Positions 28,035 to 38,065 of a stretch of 64,000 nucleotides of DNA are shown here, in pieces. A model generated the notes under the pieces. That model ran no database searches. It was not told the DNA's origin and worked only from the letters and a program-made list of their open reading frames with translations. The DNA lies in NCBI GenBank assembly GCA_965228895.1, contig OZ245842.1, positions 1,568,001 to 1,632,000 of the forward strand. The letters are read 5' to 3'. Positions within the stretch are counted from its first letter, which is position 1. Each line of letters begins with the position of its first letter. This DNA is from Alphaproteobacteria bacterium (lineage in GTDB: Bacteria > Pseudomonadota > Alphaproteobacteria > SP197). The position numbers and the translations under genes are program-made.

Positions 28035-28078
28035 TCCACCATCCCTATGTCTGTCGCTGTGCTGCCATGCTGCGGTCT

Positions 28079-28990
28079 TCAGGTGCGACGGTTCACGACA
28101 AAGCGGGCGACGTCGCGCAGCGTTTCGGCAGGTTGACCGAATCCGTCAAGACTTTCAATGGCCCGCAGGGCAAGTTGTTCAGCGCGTTTTCGCGCGGATT
28201 CCGGTCCTGCCACAGCCACCATGGTCGCCTTGCCGGCGGCCGCATCCTTGCCAACCGTCTTGCCCATTTCCGCCTGGTCGCCTTCTGCATCCAGCAGATC
28301 GTCGATGATCTGAAACGCAAAACCCACATCTCTGCCATAGGCCTTGATCGCGGTGCGCTCCCTGTCGCTTGCCTCGCCGAGAATAGCGCCGCTTTCGGCC
28401 GAAAATGTGATCAATGCGCCTGTTTTGAGGGCCTGAAGGTGCTCAATTGTGGCGACGTCGACGTTTCTGTGCTCGACCGCCAGGTCGATCATTTGGCCCG
28501 CCACCATGCCGTGCGCGCCCGCGGCACCGGACAGACCGCGCACCAGGTCAATGCGCACGGCGGGGCTGTCATGGGTCGCGGGGTCGGCCAGAACGTCGAA
28601 CGCCAGGGTCAGCAGGGCGTCACCTGCCAGGATTGCCGTGGCCTCGTCGAACGCCACATGACAGGTCGGCTGGCCGCGCCTCAAGTCGTCATCATCCATA
28701 GCCGGCAGATCATCGTGGACCAGGGAGTAACAGTGCAGCATTTCGACCGCGCCGGCGACGCGCAGCGCCCGTTCCTCGGCCGCGCCGAACAGATCGCTTA
28801 CCGCGAGCGACAGATAGGGACGCAGACGTTTCCCACCATTCAACGTCGCGTAGCGCATCGCGTCGAAAAGCGGTTTGTCCAGGCCGCGGCTGCTCGGCAA
28901 CAGCTCGTCAAGAACTGATTCAACCCGATGTGCCGTCGCGGCTAGGTTTGCCACCAGACTTTCGGGAGCTTGTGCAGGTGCTACGCTCAT
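28079..28990 (-). CDS. ispA: Farnesyl diphosphate synthase
   Basis: [40 protein letters not shown]. Confidence 0.95.
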   Translation of the reverse strand: MSVAPAQAPESLVANLAATAHRVESVLDELLPSSRGLDKPLFDAMRYATLNGGKRLRPYLSLAVSDLFGAAEERALRVAGAVEMLHCYSLVHDDLPAMDDDDLRRGQPTCHVAFDEATAILAGDALLTLAFDVLADPATHDSPAVRIDLVRGLSGAAGAHGMVAGQMIDLAVEHRNVDVATIEHLQALKTGALITFSAESGAILGEASDRERTAIKAYGRDVGFAFQIIDDLLDAEGDQAEMGKTVGKDAAAGKATMVAVAGPESARKRAEQLALRAIESLDGFGQPAETLRDVARFVVNRRT

Positions 28991-29238
28991 GCGATCTCGG
29001 TCGCCTCGGCGCTCACGCTGCCGTCGGCCGCCAGCTTGATCTTTTCGACCTTGTCCTGCGCCTCGCGCAGCTTGGTTTCGCAATGCAGCTTCAAGGCCGC
29101 GCCTCGCTCGTAAGACGTGATGGCGTCGTCGAGCTTGCTGTCGCCGCTCTCCAACCCTTCGACGATCGTTTCCAGTTCGGCCAGAGCCTGTTCGAAGCTC
29201 ATGGCTTTGATGTCGTCATTCGTCTCTTTTTTCGCCAT
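28987..29238 (-). CDS. xseB: Exodeoxyribonuclease VII small subunit
   Basis: SFEQALAELETIV..LE.G...LDDAI..YERG. Confidence 0.95.
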   Translation of the reverse strand: MAKKETNDDIKAMSFEQALAELETIVEGLESGDSKLDDAITSYERGAALKLHCETKLREAQDKVEKIKLAADGSVSAEATEIA

Positions 29239-29249
29239 TTCCCCGTTCC

Positions 29250-30182
29250 TTACGTCGCGGCCATCAATCGGATCACATGTGTCGCGACGCTGGCGGCAAG
29301 TGCATCCAGGTCATAGCCGCCTTCCAGCGATGATACCAACCGTCCATGGGCGTGCAGGTCGGCCATCGCGATCAGTTGGTCGGTCGCCCAGGCGAAGTCT
29401 TCTTCTACCAGATTGAGGTTGGCAAGCGGATCGCGCTGATGGGCGTCGAAGCCGGCGGATATCAAAATGATCTCCGGCTTGAAAGCGTCTAGCGCCGGCA
29501 GAATGCGGTTTTCCATAGCGGCGCGGAACGCTTCCCCGCCTGTGCCGGCGGCCAGCGGTGCGTTGACGATGTTGTTGTAGGCGCCCGTCTCATCGGCTGC
29601 GCCGGTACCAGGATAGTGCGGATACTGATGGGTCGATCCATAAAACAGGCCCTCGCGGCCCCAAAACAGCGCCTGGGTGCCGTTGCCGTGATGGACGTCA
29701 AAGTCGATGACGGCGGCGCGCGCCAGGCCGTGGGCCTGACGTGCGTGCTCCGCCGCGATCGCGACCGAGTTGAACAGGCAGAAACCCATGGCCTGGCCGG
29801 CTTCGGCGTGGTGCCCAGGTGGGCGAACAGCGCAGAACGCATTCTTTGCCTTGCCGTCGATCACCGCGTCGACGGCGGCGCACACGGCACCGGTCGCACG
29901 CAGAGCAGCCTCACCGGAACCCGGTGACATCACGGTGTCGGGGTCCAGATGGATCAAGCCCTGATTGGGTTCCGATGACAAGACACGGTCAACCTGCGCA
30001 CGTGGATGCATCAACATCACCAACGCGTCGTCGGCCCGGGGCGCATCGATCCGTATCAGATCGTCGAAAAGGTTCTGGGCCAGCGCGTGCTGGATAGCCT
30101 CCAGCCGTTGCGGGCATTCAGGGTGATGTGGCCCGGTCTTGTGATCCAGAAAAGATGGATGGACGTAAAGCTGTGTTGTCAT
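29250..30182 (-). CDS. Histone deacetylase family amidohydrolase
   Basis: HPECPQRL, RPPGHHA, GFCLFN, DFDVHHGNGTQ, SAGFDAH, LEGGY. Confidence 0.95.
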   Translation of the reverse strand: MTTQLYVHPSFLDHKTGPHHPECPQRLEAIQHALAQNLFDDLIRIDAPRADDALVMLMHPRAQVDRVLSSEPNQGLIHLDPDTVMSPGSGEAALRATGAVCAAVDAVIDGKAKNAFCAVRPPGHHAEAGQAMGFCLFNSVAIAAEHARQAHGLARAAVIDFDVHHGNGTQALFWGREGLFYGSTHQYPHYPGTGAADETGAYNNIVNAPLAAGTGGEAFRAAMENRILPALDAFKPEIILISAGFDAHQRDPLANLNLVEEDFAWATDQLIAMADLHAHGRLVSSLEGGYDLDALAASVATHVIRLMAAT

Positions 30183-30310
30183 TGATTTTTTCGCCTATAT
30201 GGCGTACCAGATCCGCGCGTTGCCCTTCACCCAGGCGTGATCACAATGCGCCGACCTCGTTGCTTGCCGAACGTGACCCCTATGAACCCGGATAGTACAC
30301 TCCCGCTCCC

Positions 30311-31402
30311 ATGATTCCACGGATTCTCTTAGGCCTTGTCGCCGTGCTCGGCATCGGTTCGTCCGCCTTGGCGCAGGACGACGCCGTGCTTGTGGGTGTC
30401 GACGAAGTCATCGTGGAGCAGGTGAACGAGACGGCCAATGTTATCGGCCGGTTTGTGTCGCGCCAGTCCGGTTCCGTTGCGACCGAGGTCGAGGGATCGG
30501 TCGAGAGCGTCTTCGTCGAGGTTGGCGACCGCGTTGTCGCCGGTGATAAACTCGTGCAGATCAGTTCGGATCGCATGGAACTGCGCCGCGATCTCCTGGC
30601 GGCCGAAGTCGAGCAGGCGCGCGCGCAATTGGCCGCGGCAGAAGCCGATCTCTCCCTTCAGCGTCAGGCATTGGCGCGGTTTGAGGATCTCTCTGAGTCC
30701 GCCGCCTATTCACAAGCCCGCCATGACGACCAGATACAGGAAGTCGCCATGACCTTGGCTCAGGTCTCGGTCGCCAACGCGTCGCTGATCCGTGCCGAGG
30801 CAAACCTGGCATTGGCGCAGGATGAAGTCGACAATGCGGTGATTCGCGCTCCGTATGACGGTGTCATCGTACTGCGCCATACCGAGGTCGGGTCCTATGT
30901 CGATGTTGGCAGTGCCATCGTTGACATGGTGAATGACGGCACGATCGAGATCGAAGCCGACGTACCCTATGACGCAATTGGCGGCCTGATACCGGGTGTC
31001 ACCGTCAGCGTCGACTATGTCGGTGACAGCGGTGAACCGCAACAGGCCCAGGTGCGCGCCGTTGGTGTTGCCGAAAATGCCCAGGCGCGAACCCGGCCGG
31101 TCCGCTTCTCGCCAAGCTGGCAGGTGCTGCCGGGCACGGTTGCCGACGGTCAGACCGTCCTGGTCGAGATCCCGGTCGGTGAGTTGCGTGATGCCGTCAC
31201 CGTGCACAAGGATGCGATCAACCGGAGCGCGGCCGGCGCGACGGTCTTTGTCGTCGTTGATGGCGCAGCTCAGCCCCGCCCGGTGTTTTTGGGCTCGGCG
31301 GTCGGTGTGCGTTTCATCGTGCTGAGTGGCCTTGAACCCGGCGAACTCGTCGTCGTGCGCGGTAACGAGAGACTGTTTCCCGGACAGGCGGTAGCCTTTT
31401 AG
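30311..31402 (+). CDS. RND efflux periplasmic adaptor (membrane fusion protein)
   Basis: Signal peptide; VEVGDRV..GD.L, IRAPYDG, GLEPGELVVVRG. Confidence 0.92.
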   Translation: MIPRILLGLVAVLGIGSSALAQDDAVLVGVDEVIVEQVNETANVIGRFVSRQSGSVATEVEGSVESVFVEVGDRVVAGDKLVQISSDRMELRRDLLAAEVEQARAQLAAAEADLSLQRQALARFEDLSESAAYSQARHDDQIQEVAMTLAQVSVANASLIRAEANLALAQDEVDNAVIRAPYDGVIVLRHTEVGSYVDVGSAIVDMVNDGTIEIEADVPYDAIGGLIPGVTVSVDYVGDSGEPQQAQVRAVGVAENAQARTRPVRFSPSWQVLPGTVADGQTVLVEIPVGELRDAVTVHKDAINRSAAGATVFVVVDGAAQPRPVFLGSAVGVRFIVLSGLEPGELVVVRGNERLFPGQAVAF

Positions 31403-31404
31403 CC

Positions 31405-34400
31405 ATGAATCTGATTCGTCTGGCCATCGAACGACCCATCGCCGTTGTGGCGGCGGTCTTGATGGTCATCATGTTCGGTCTGCTGGCGCTGCAGACGATC
31501 CCGATTCAGCTGACGCCGGATGTCCGCCGGCCGGTGATCACGATCACGACCTATTGGGCCGGTGCTGCGCCGGCCGAGGTCGAACGTGAAATCATCATCC
31601 GCCAGGAGGAAGTGCTGACCGGCATTACCGGTCTGGAAGAAATGCTGTCGCAAGCCCAGTTTGGTCAGGGCGAGATCACGATGGAATTCGCCATCGGCCA
31701 GAACATGGACCGAGCGCTGCTCCTGGTCTCGAACCGTCTCAACCGGGTCGAAGGCTACCCCGAAGAAGCCGACGAGCCGACCTTGGATACGGCGAGTGCC
31801 GAGGACAAGGCGATCGCCTGGTTCACCATCGTCCGCACGCCCGACAATGAACGGGACATGCACGAATACGGCGACTTCTTTGAGGATGTCGTCAAGGAAC
31901 GCATGGAACGGGTCGCCGGCGTCTCGCGCGTCAATATGTATGGCGGCAGTGAGCGCGAGATCCGCGTCACCATCGTGCCGGAGAATCTGGCGCGCTACCG
32001 GCTGACCGTGCCGGAAGTCATGCTGGCGTTGCAGAATGCCAATTCGTCGGCATCCGCCGGGTATGTCGACGAGGGTAAACGCCGCTACACCGTGCGTTCC
32101 GAGGGCGACTTCGCCGCACTCGACGATATCCGCGGCGTCGTCGTCCGCAGTCTCCAGGACATCGTCTCCGACCGCCTGGCGCGGGTCACGGTCGACGACC
32201 TGGCGGATGTCACGTTTGACTACAAGGAACCGGCGTCGCGCATTCGCTTCAACGGCCAGCCTGCGCTGGTGTTCAACGCGGTCCGCGAAGCCGGCGCCAA
32301 TGTCATCGAGACCATGAAGGGCATCCGCGAGGCGGTCGACGAACTCAATGCCGGCGCCATGCCGGCCGCCGGTTTGGAGTTGATCCAGGTCTATGACGAG
32401 ACGGTTTACATCAACTCGGCAATCGATCTGGTTCAGCAGAACATCTGGATCGGCGGTGTCCTTGCGGCGTTCGTGCTGTTGCTATTTTTGCGGTCCTGGC
32501 GCGCCACACTGATCGTTTCGATTGCCATCCCTGTCTCCGTCATCGGCAGTTTTGTCGCGATGGCGGCGTTGGGACGCTCCATTAACGTCGTGTCGCTGGC
32601 CGGCCTTGCCTTTGCCGTCGGCATGGTGGTCGACGCGGCAATTGTTGTGCTGGAGAACATCTACCGCCTGCGCCAGCAGGGCATGCCGACCGCGCGCGCA
32701 GCCTACGAGGGCGCGCGCCAGGTGTGGGGTGCCATCCTGGTCTCCGCGCTGACGACCGTGATGGTGTTTATCCCGATCCTGGTCATGGAGTTGGAGGCGG
32801 GTCAGGTCTTCCGTGATATCGCCGTCGCCATTTCGGTTTCGGTGCTGTTGTCTCTTGTCGTCGCGGTGACCCTGATACCGGCGCTTTCGGCTCGGCTCCT
32901 GACACGCGCCGAAGGCACGGCCGGATTCAGTCTGCCGTTTATCGATGCGCCCGCCCGCGGTTTCAACAAGGGCATGGGATGGTTCGCACGTACGGTGGTG
33001 AAAAGCCGCCTTGTGGCCTTTTCCGTCGTTGGCGCGATCGTCGTCGTTGCGGTCGTCGTCGCGGACGTCTTGTTGCCGAAGCTCGAGTATCTGCCGGAGG
33101 GCAACCAGAACTTCGTCTTCGGTTCAATCCTGCCGCCGCCGGGCTACAACCTGGATACCATGGCGGAGATCGCCGAGCGGGTTGAAGCCGAGACAAGGCC
33201 TTACTGGGAAGTTGAAACCGGACCGGAGGAGGCCGAGGACGGCAATCCTAAGTTCCAGCGTTTCTATTTTGTCGCCAGCACCCGCTGGACCTTCGTCGGC
33301 GGTGCGGCCAGCGACCCGGACCGGGTCAAGGATCTGATTCCCCTGATGCGCGACCCGGTGTTCCAGGAGCCCGGAACCTTCGGCTTCTTCAGCCAGCCCT
33401 CCTTGTTTGGGCGTGGCGTTGGTGGTGGGCGCAACATCGACCTGAATATCTCCGGTCCCGAGTTGGAGCCGATCTATCAGACAGCGCTGCAGGCTTTCGG
33501 GCTGGTCTCGGCCGCTTTGCCGCAGGAAGCGGGCAACCAAATCCGGCCGCGACCGGGGCTGGAGAACGGCGCGCCTGAAGTGCGTGTGTTCCCGAACCGC
33601 ATCAAACTTGCGGACAACAACGTGACGGCGCGCGAACTCTCCATGGGCATCGACGCCTTCAACTCCGGTTTGCGTGTCGATGAGATCACCGTCGACGGCC
33701 GCGAGATCGATCTGATGTTGACCGGCCCCGATGACCATGTCGGCGAGACGCAGGGTATCGGCGAGTTGCCGATTGTGACGCGCAGCGGTGTTATTCTGCC
33801 GGTCAGCTCGCTCGCCGACATCGAGGTCACGAGCGGGCCGACGCAGATCCGCCGGCTTGAACGCGAGCGCACGGTCACCCTGCAGATCGGCTTGGCCGAT
33901 GACATCCCACTGGAAACCGGCATTCAGCTTGTCATGGACCAGGTGATCGCACCGCTCGAGGAGGCGGGATTGCCGCCTGGCGTGACACTGAGTTTCTCAG
34001 GCACCGCTGACAAGTTGTCGACGACGTGGGACGCCATGGTGATCAACCTGATGGTCGCGCTCATCATCGTCTACCTGGTGATGGCGGTTCTGTTCGAGAG
34101 TTTCATCTATCCGCTCATCGTCATGGTGTCGGTCCCGGTTGCCGCAGCGGGCGGCGTGTTGGGTCTCGCCATCGTCGGCCTGCCGCTCGACATGCTGACC
34201 ATGCTCGGGTTCGTTATCTTGATCGGCATTGTCGTCAACAACGCGATTCTGCTCGTCCACCAGACGCTGCATCACATCCGCGAAGACGCCATGGAACCGG
34301 GTGACGCGGTCGAGGAGGCCGTGCGCAACCGTGTGCGCCCGATCTTCATGTCGACGCTGACGAGTGTCTTCGGCATGCTGCCGCTGGTCGTGTTTCCTGG

Positions 34401-34581
34401 TGCCGGATCGGAACTCTACCGCGGCCTCGGCTCGGTTGTGGTCGGCGGCCTGTCACTTTCGGCGGTCCTTACCCTGGCGTTGGTGCCGCCGCTGCTCGGC
34501 CTCTTCCTCAGGGTCACCAAACCGAAAGCGCATGTGCAGGCCGTCCCTGCGGTAGAACCCACGCGGGAGCCGGCGGAGTAG
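31405..34581 (+). CDS. RND efflux permease (AcrB/AcrD/AcrF family)
   Basis: 1058 aa; IERPIA, GMVVDAAIVVLEN, GIVVNNAIL, RVRPIFMSTLT. Confidence 0.95.
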   Translation: MNLIRLAIERPIAVVAAVLMVIMFGLLALQTIPIQLTPDVRRPVITITTYWAGAAPAEVEREIIIRQEEVLTGITGLEEMLSQAQFGQGEITMEFAIGQNMDRALLLVSNRLNRVEGYPEEADEPTLDTASAEDKAIAWFTIVRTPDNERDMHEYGDFFEDVVKERMERVAGVSRVNMYGGSEREIRVTIVPENLARYRLTVPEVMLALQNANSSASAGYVDEGKRRYTVRSEGDFAALDDIRGVVVRSLQDIVSDRLARVTVDDLADVTFDYKEPASRIRFNGQPALVFNAVREAGANVIETMKGIREAVDELNAGAMPAAGLELIQVYDETVYINSAIDLVQQNIWIGGVLAAFVLLLFLRSWRATLIVSIAIPVSVIGSFVAMAALGRSINVVSLAGLAFAVGMVVDAAIVVLENIYRLRQQGMPTARAAYEGARQVWGAILVSALTTVMVFIPILVMELEAGQVFRDIAVAISVSVLLSLVVAVTLIPALSARLLTRAEGTAGFSLPFIDAPARGFNKGMGWFARTVVKSRLVAFSVVGAIVVVAVVVADVLLPKLEYLPEGNQNFVFGSILPPPGYNLDTMAEIAERVEAETRPYWEVETGPEEAEDGNPKFQRFYFVASTRWTFVGGAASDPDRVKDLIPLMRDPVFQEPGTFGFFSQPSLFGRGVGGGRNIDLNISGPELEPIYQTALQAFGLVSAALPQEAGNQIRPRPGLENGAPEVRVFPNRIKLADNNVTARELSMGIDAFNSGLRVDEITVDGREIDLMLTGPDDHVGETQGIGELPIVTRSGVILPVSSLADIEVTSGPTQIRRLERERTVTLQIGLADDIPLETGIQLVMDQVIAPLEEAGLPPGVTLSFSGTADKLSTTWDAMVINLMVALIIVYLVMAVLFESFIYPLIVMVSVPVAAAGGVLGLAIVGLPLDMLTMLGFVILIGIVVNNAILLVHQTLHHIREDAMEPGDAVEEAVRNRVRPIFMSTLTSVFGMLPLVVFPGAGSELYRGLGSVVVGGLSLSAVLTLALVPPLLGLFLRVTKPKAHVQAVPAVEPTREPAE

Positions 34582-34585
34582 GCCC

Positions 34586-35728
34586 TTGAACGAGACCGAC
34601 GTTATCATCATCGGTGCAGGCGCGGTCGGTGCGGCGCTCGCCCATCGGTTGGCGCCGCAACGTCGCGTGATCATGTTGGAGCGCGAAGACCAGCCGGGCT
34701 ATCACAGCACTGGCCGCTCGGCAGCGCATTACACGGACGTAATTGGCGGGACCGTCGTGCAGGCGCTGTCGGAGGAGACGCGCCGGTTCATCGATGCGCC
34801 GCCGGAAAGGTTCACCGAATATCCATTGCTACGCGAGCGACCGGTCTTGTTGCTGGTCGGACATGACACCGACGACGCCCATTTCAGCGAGGAGTCGCTG
34901 TCCAACCTCATGGGTTCGATTCTGTTTCGTTTGGATCTCGATGGTTGTCTGGAAAAGTGCCCGGTCTTGAAGCCTGAGAAGGTGGCCTACGGCCTCTATG
35001 AGCCGACCGCCGGCGACATCGACGTCGGCGCAATCCATGGCGGTTACCTGAAGGCCGCGCGTCAGGCCGGCGCCGAGCTGGTTTGCGATGCCGATGTCAC
35101 GGCGCTCGACCGTCGCGATGGCGTCTGGCATGTGGAGACCAGAGCGGGCACGTTCACCGCGCCGGTTGTCGCCAACTGCACGGGCGCATGGGGGGATGCC
35201 CTAGCGCAGATCGCCGGTGTTCATCCTGTCGGCCTTGTGCCATGCCGCCGCACGGCGTTCACATTCAAAGGCCCGGATGGTGTCGACTGCACCGAATGGC
35301 CCCTGGTCGCCGACGATGGCGAGTCCTTCTATTTCAAACCGGAAGCCGGGCTGATGATGGGGTCGCTGGCCGACGAGACGCCAAGCGATCCTTGTGACGC
35401 CCAACCGGAGGAACTCGATCTCGCCCAAGCCGCGGAAAACATCATGGCATGGACGACGCTGGAGATCCGCCGTTTCGAGAAACGCTGGGCGGGCCTCAGA
35501 AGCTTTGTCGACGATCGCCTACCCGTGACCGGGTGGGACACCAAGGCGGAAGGCTTCTTCTGGAACGTCGGCCAGGGTGGCGCGGGTATTCAGACGTCGG
35601 CGGCGCTGTCGGCTTACGCCGCAGCAATCCTGCTCGATCAGGACGTACCGGACGCGCTGGCGGCGGCGGGATTGACGCGTGAGACCCTGTCGCCGGCGCG
35701 TTGCCAACATCTGACCAAGGTGTCCTGA
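34586..35728 (+). CDS. FAD-dependent oxidoreductase (DAO/DadA family)
   Basis: IIGAGAVG, HSTGRSAA, WAGLRSF, GQGGAGIQTS. Confidence 0.9.
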   Translation: MNETDVIIIGAGAVGAALAHRLAPQRRVIMLEREDQPGYHSTGRSAAHYTDVIGGTVVQALSEETRRFIDAPPERFTEYPLLRERPVLLLVGHDTDDAHFSEESLSNLMGSILFRLDLDGCLEKCPVLKPEKVAYGLYEPTAGDIDVGAIHGGYLKAARQAGAELVCDADVTALDRRDGVWHVETRAGTFTAPVVANCTGAWGDALAQIAGVHPVGLVPCRRTAFTFKGPDGVDCTEWPLVADDGESFYFKPEAGLMMGSLADETPSDPCDAQPEELDLAQAAENIMAWTTLEIRRFEKRWAGLRSFVDDRLPVTGWDTKAEGFFWNVGQGGAGIQTSAALSAYAAAILLDQDVPDALAAAGLTRETLSPARCQHLTKVS

Positions 35729-35783
35729 CGTATAGGGACAAAAGTTAGACCACGCGAGTTTGCAGTTGAGGCATTGGAAAAAG

Positions 35784-38048
35784 ATGGTGCGGGCGGTTGC
35801 CGGAGGTCTATCTGCGGTTCTTCTTGCCGGATGCTCCGTGTTCACGCCTCTCCCCGAGGAGTCGTCGTTGGAAACGCGGCTTGCCGCGATCCCGACTGAT
35901 GGTGCGCCGGTCTCCGGACCGGTTCGTATCTATTGGGACAGCCATCAGGTTCCGTTCATCGAGGCGGCCCATGACCGCGACGCGGCCTTTGCGATGGGTC
36001 TGGTCCACGCCCATTTGAGACTCGGTCAGATGGAGCTGTTTCGCAGGGTGTCCCAGGGCCGGGTGTCGGAGATGGGCGGTCCGCTTGCCACCGAGATCGA
36101 CCATGGCCTGCGCATCCTCAACTTCGAACGGACGGCCGAGGCGATTGAGGCCGACTTGCCGCCGGCGACCCGCGAATGGCTCGAGGGGTTTGTCGCCGGC
36201 ATCAATTTCTATGTCGACAACACAGAAGAACTGCCGGTCGAGTTCAAAGTGCTCAACCTGCAACGCGAACCCTGGACGGTGAAGGACATCCTGACCATGG
36301 GCCGCCTGGCGGCGACGGACATCACGTGGCTCGTCTGGTTCAGCCTGCTACCGCTGCGCGATCGCGATGATTGGCCCGTGTTGTGGGCTCGTCTGGTCGG
36401 TAACGGCTCCGTGCCGATCCTGGAGGCTGGAGAAGGTCCCGACATGGTCAGCTTCAACGACCTCTTCGGCTACACCTCACGATCCGGCAGCAACAGCGTC
36501 GCGGTCGCACCATCGCTGACGACGAACGGCAGCGCCATCATGGCGAACGATCCGCACCTCGGGATCTTCGTGCCCAACATCTGGCTGGTCGCCGGTCTTA
36601 AGTCGCCGTCTTATCACGTCGTCGGCTTGATGGGCGCCGGCCTGCCGGTCTTTGCGATCGGCCGCAATCCGGACATCTCTTGGGGCGGCACCAATTTGCG
36701 GGCCGCATCCAGCGATCTCGTCGACATCTCGATGTTGCCGGCCGATCAGATATCGACCCGGCAGGAAGACGTCGGCGTTCGGTGGTGGTTCGATGCCACG
36801 TTGACGATCCGGGAAGCCCCGTCTGGGCCGATCGTCTCCGACGCACCACAGTTTGATGGTCTGGCCGATGGCCCGCTTGCGCTCAGCTGGGTCGGCCACC
36901 AGCCCAGCGACGAAGTCACGACGTTCTTGAAGGTCAGTCAGGCCACTGACTTCGAGCAGTTTGTCGATGCCTTCGAGACCTTTGCCGTGCCCGCCCAGAA
37001 CATGCTCTATGCCGACGTCAACGGCAACATCGGCAAGATCATGGCCGCGCGCCTGCCCCAGCGCGGTGCGCAAGCGCCGGAAGACGTCATCATTGCCATC
37101 GAAGAACATGCGGGGACATGGGACCAGTCGGTCGCGACGGCCGATCTGCCGGCATCCTTTAATCCTGCGGCCGGTTATCTGACATCGGCCAACAACAGGC
37201 CGGCGGCAAGTCCGGTTCCCGTTGGCTACTTCTTTTCGCCCGATGACCGCGTCGATCGCATGGCCGAGCTTATTGAGTCGTCGCAAGGCGTCGATGTCGA
37301 TCTGCTCGCCGCCCTGCAACAGGATGTCTACATGGCGTCGGCTGTCGATCTGCGGGATGCCATCGAACGCCAGGCAGAACGGCTGGATGCGGCGTCACAG
37401 TTGGCGCCGGATGAAGCCGAGGCCTGGCAGGCGATCACGGCATGGGATGGTCACTACAGGTTGGAGTCTCGCGGCGCCGTTGCTTTCGAGGCCTATCGCG
37501 CCGCGTTCCTCGCCAAGTTCTATCAAGAGATTGTGGGCGGTGAAGATTGGGAAGCCTTCGCCGGAATCGACCGGACTCAAGAGATCACCCTGAAAGATAT
37601 CGACGGCGCTGATCCCGATATCGTGCGCGCCGCGCTCGGCGAGGGATTCGAAGCAGCGGCAGGCGCCTATGTCAGCGGCGATACGTGGGGCGACCGCCAC
37701 CGGCTGATTATCCAGCATCCGCTTGCCAACATCCCGATCGTTGGCAGCCGCTACAGGTTTCTCGATCTGCCGTCCGGCGGCAGTTCGGAATCCCTCATGA
37801 AGACGGCTCACGGCCCGGCCGGTGAACGCCACACCGTACGCTATGGTTCGCAGGCACGGCACATCTCCGACATGGCCGATCCCGATGCCAACTACTTCGT
37901 CCTGCTCGGCGGCCAGGACGGCTGGTTCAACAGCTCGACGTTCCTCGACCAGGTCGATTTGTGGCAGAGCGGCGACTACGTTCAGGTGCCGCTGACCGTT
38001 GCAACCGTCCGTGAGCGGGCCGTTCAAACGACCGTCCTGTCACCTTAG
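35784..38048 (+). CDS. Penicillin acylase / AHL acylase family Ntn-hydrolase, probable lipoprotein
   Basis: LLAGC lipobox; VPFIEA; GSNSVAV (beta-subunit Ser), ANDPHL, QNMLYAD, SANN. Confidence 0.9.
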   Translation: MVRAVAGGLSAVLLAGCSVFTPLPEESSLETRLAAIPTDGAPVSGPVRIYWDSHQVPFIEAAHDRDAAFAMGLVHAHLRLGQMELFRRVSQGRVSEMGGPLATEIDHGLRILNFERTAEAIEADLPPATREWLEGFVAGINFYVDNTEELPVEFKVLNLQREPWTVKDILTMGRLAATDITWLVWFSLLPLRDRDDWPVLWARLVGNGSVPILEAGEGPDMVSFNDLFGYTSRSGSNSVAVAPSLTTNGSAIMANDPHLGIFVPNIWLVAGLKSPSYHVVGLMGAGLPVFAIGRNPDISWGGTNLRAASSDLVDISMLPADQISTRQEDVGVRWWFDATLTIREAPSGPIVSDAPQFDGLADGPLALSWVGHQPSDEVTTFLKVSQATDFEQFVDAFETFAVPAQNMLYADVNGNIGKIMAARLPQRGAQAPEDVIIAIEEHAGTWDQSVATADLPASFNPAAGYLTSANNRPAASPVPVGYFFSPDDRVDRMAELIESSQGVDVDLLAALQQDVYMASAVDLRDAIERQAERLDAASQLAPDEAEAWQAITAWDGHYRLESRGAVAFEAYRAAFLAKFYQEIVGGEDWEAFAGIDRTQEITLKDIDGADPDIVRAALGEGFEAAAGAYVSGDTWGDRHRLIIQHPLANIPIVGSRYRFLDLPSGGSSESLMKTAHGPAGERHTVRYGSQARHISDMADPDANYFVLLGGQDGWFNSSTFLDQVDLWQSGDYVQVPLTVATVRERAVQTTVLSP

Positions 38049-38065
38049 GCGCCGCCATCAGCACC

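Noticed and set aside
34481-34493. 13-bp match (TGGTGCCGCCGCT) to the tRNA-Thr 3' end as a possible att site
   Set aside because: It lies inside the intact RND coding sequence, is short and GC-rich, and there is no integrase; most likely chance
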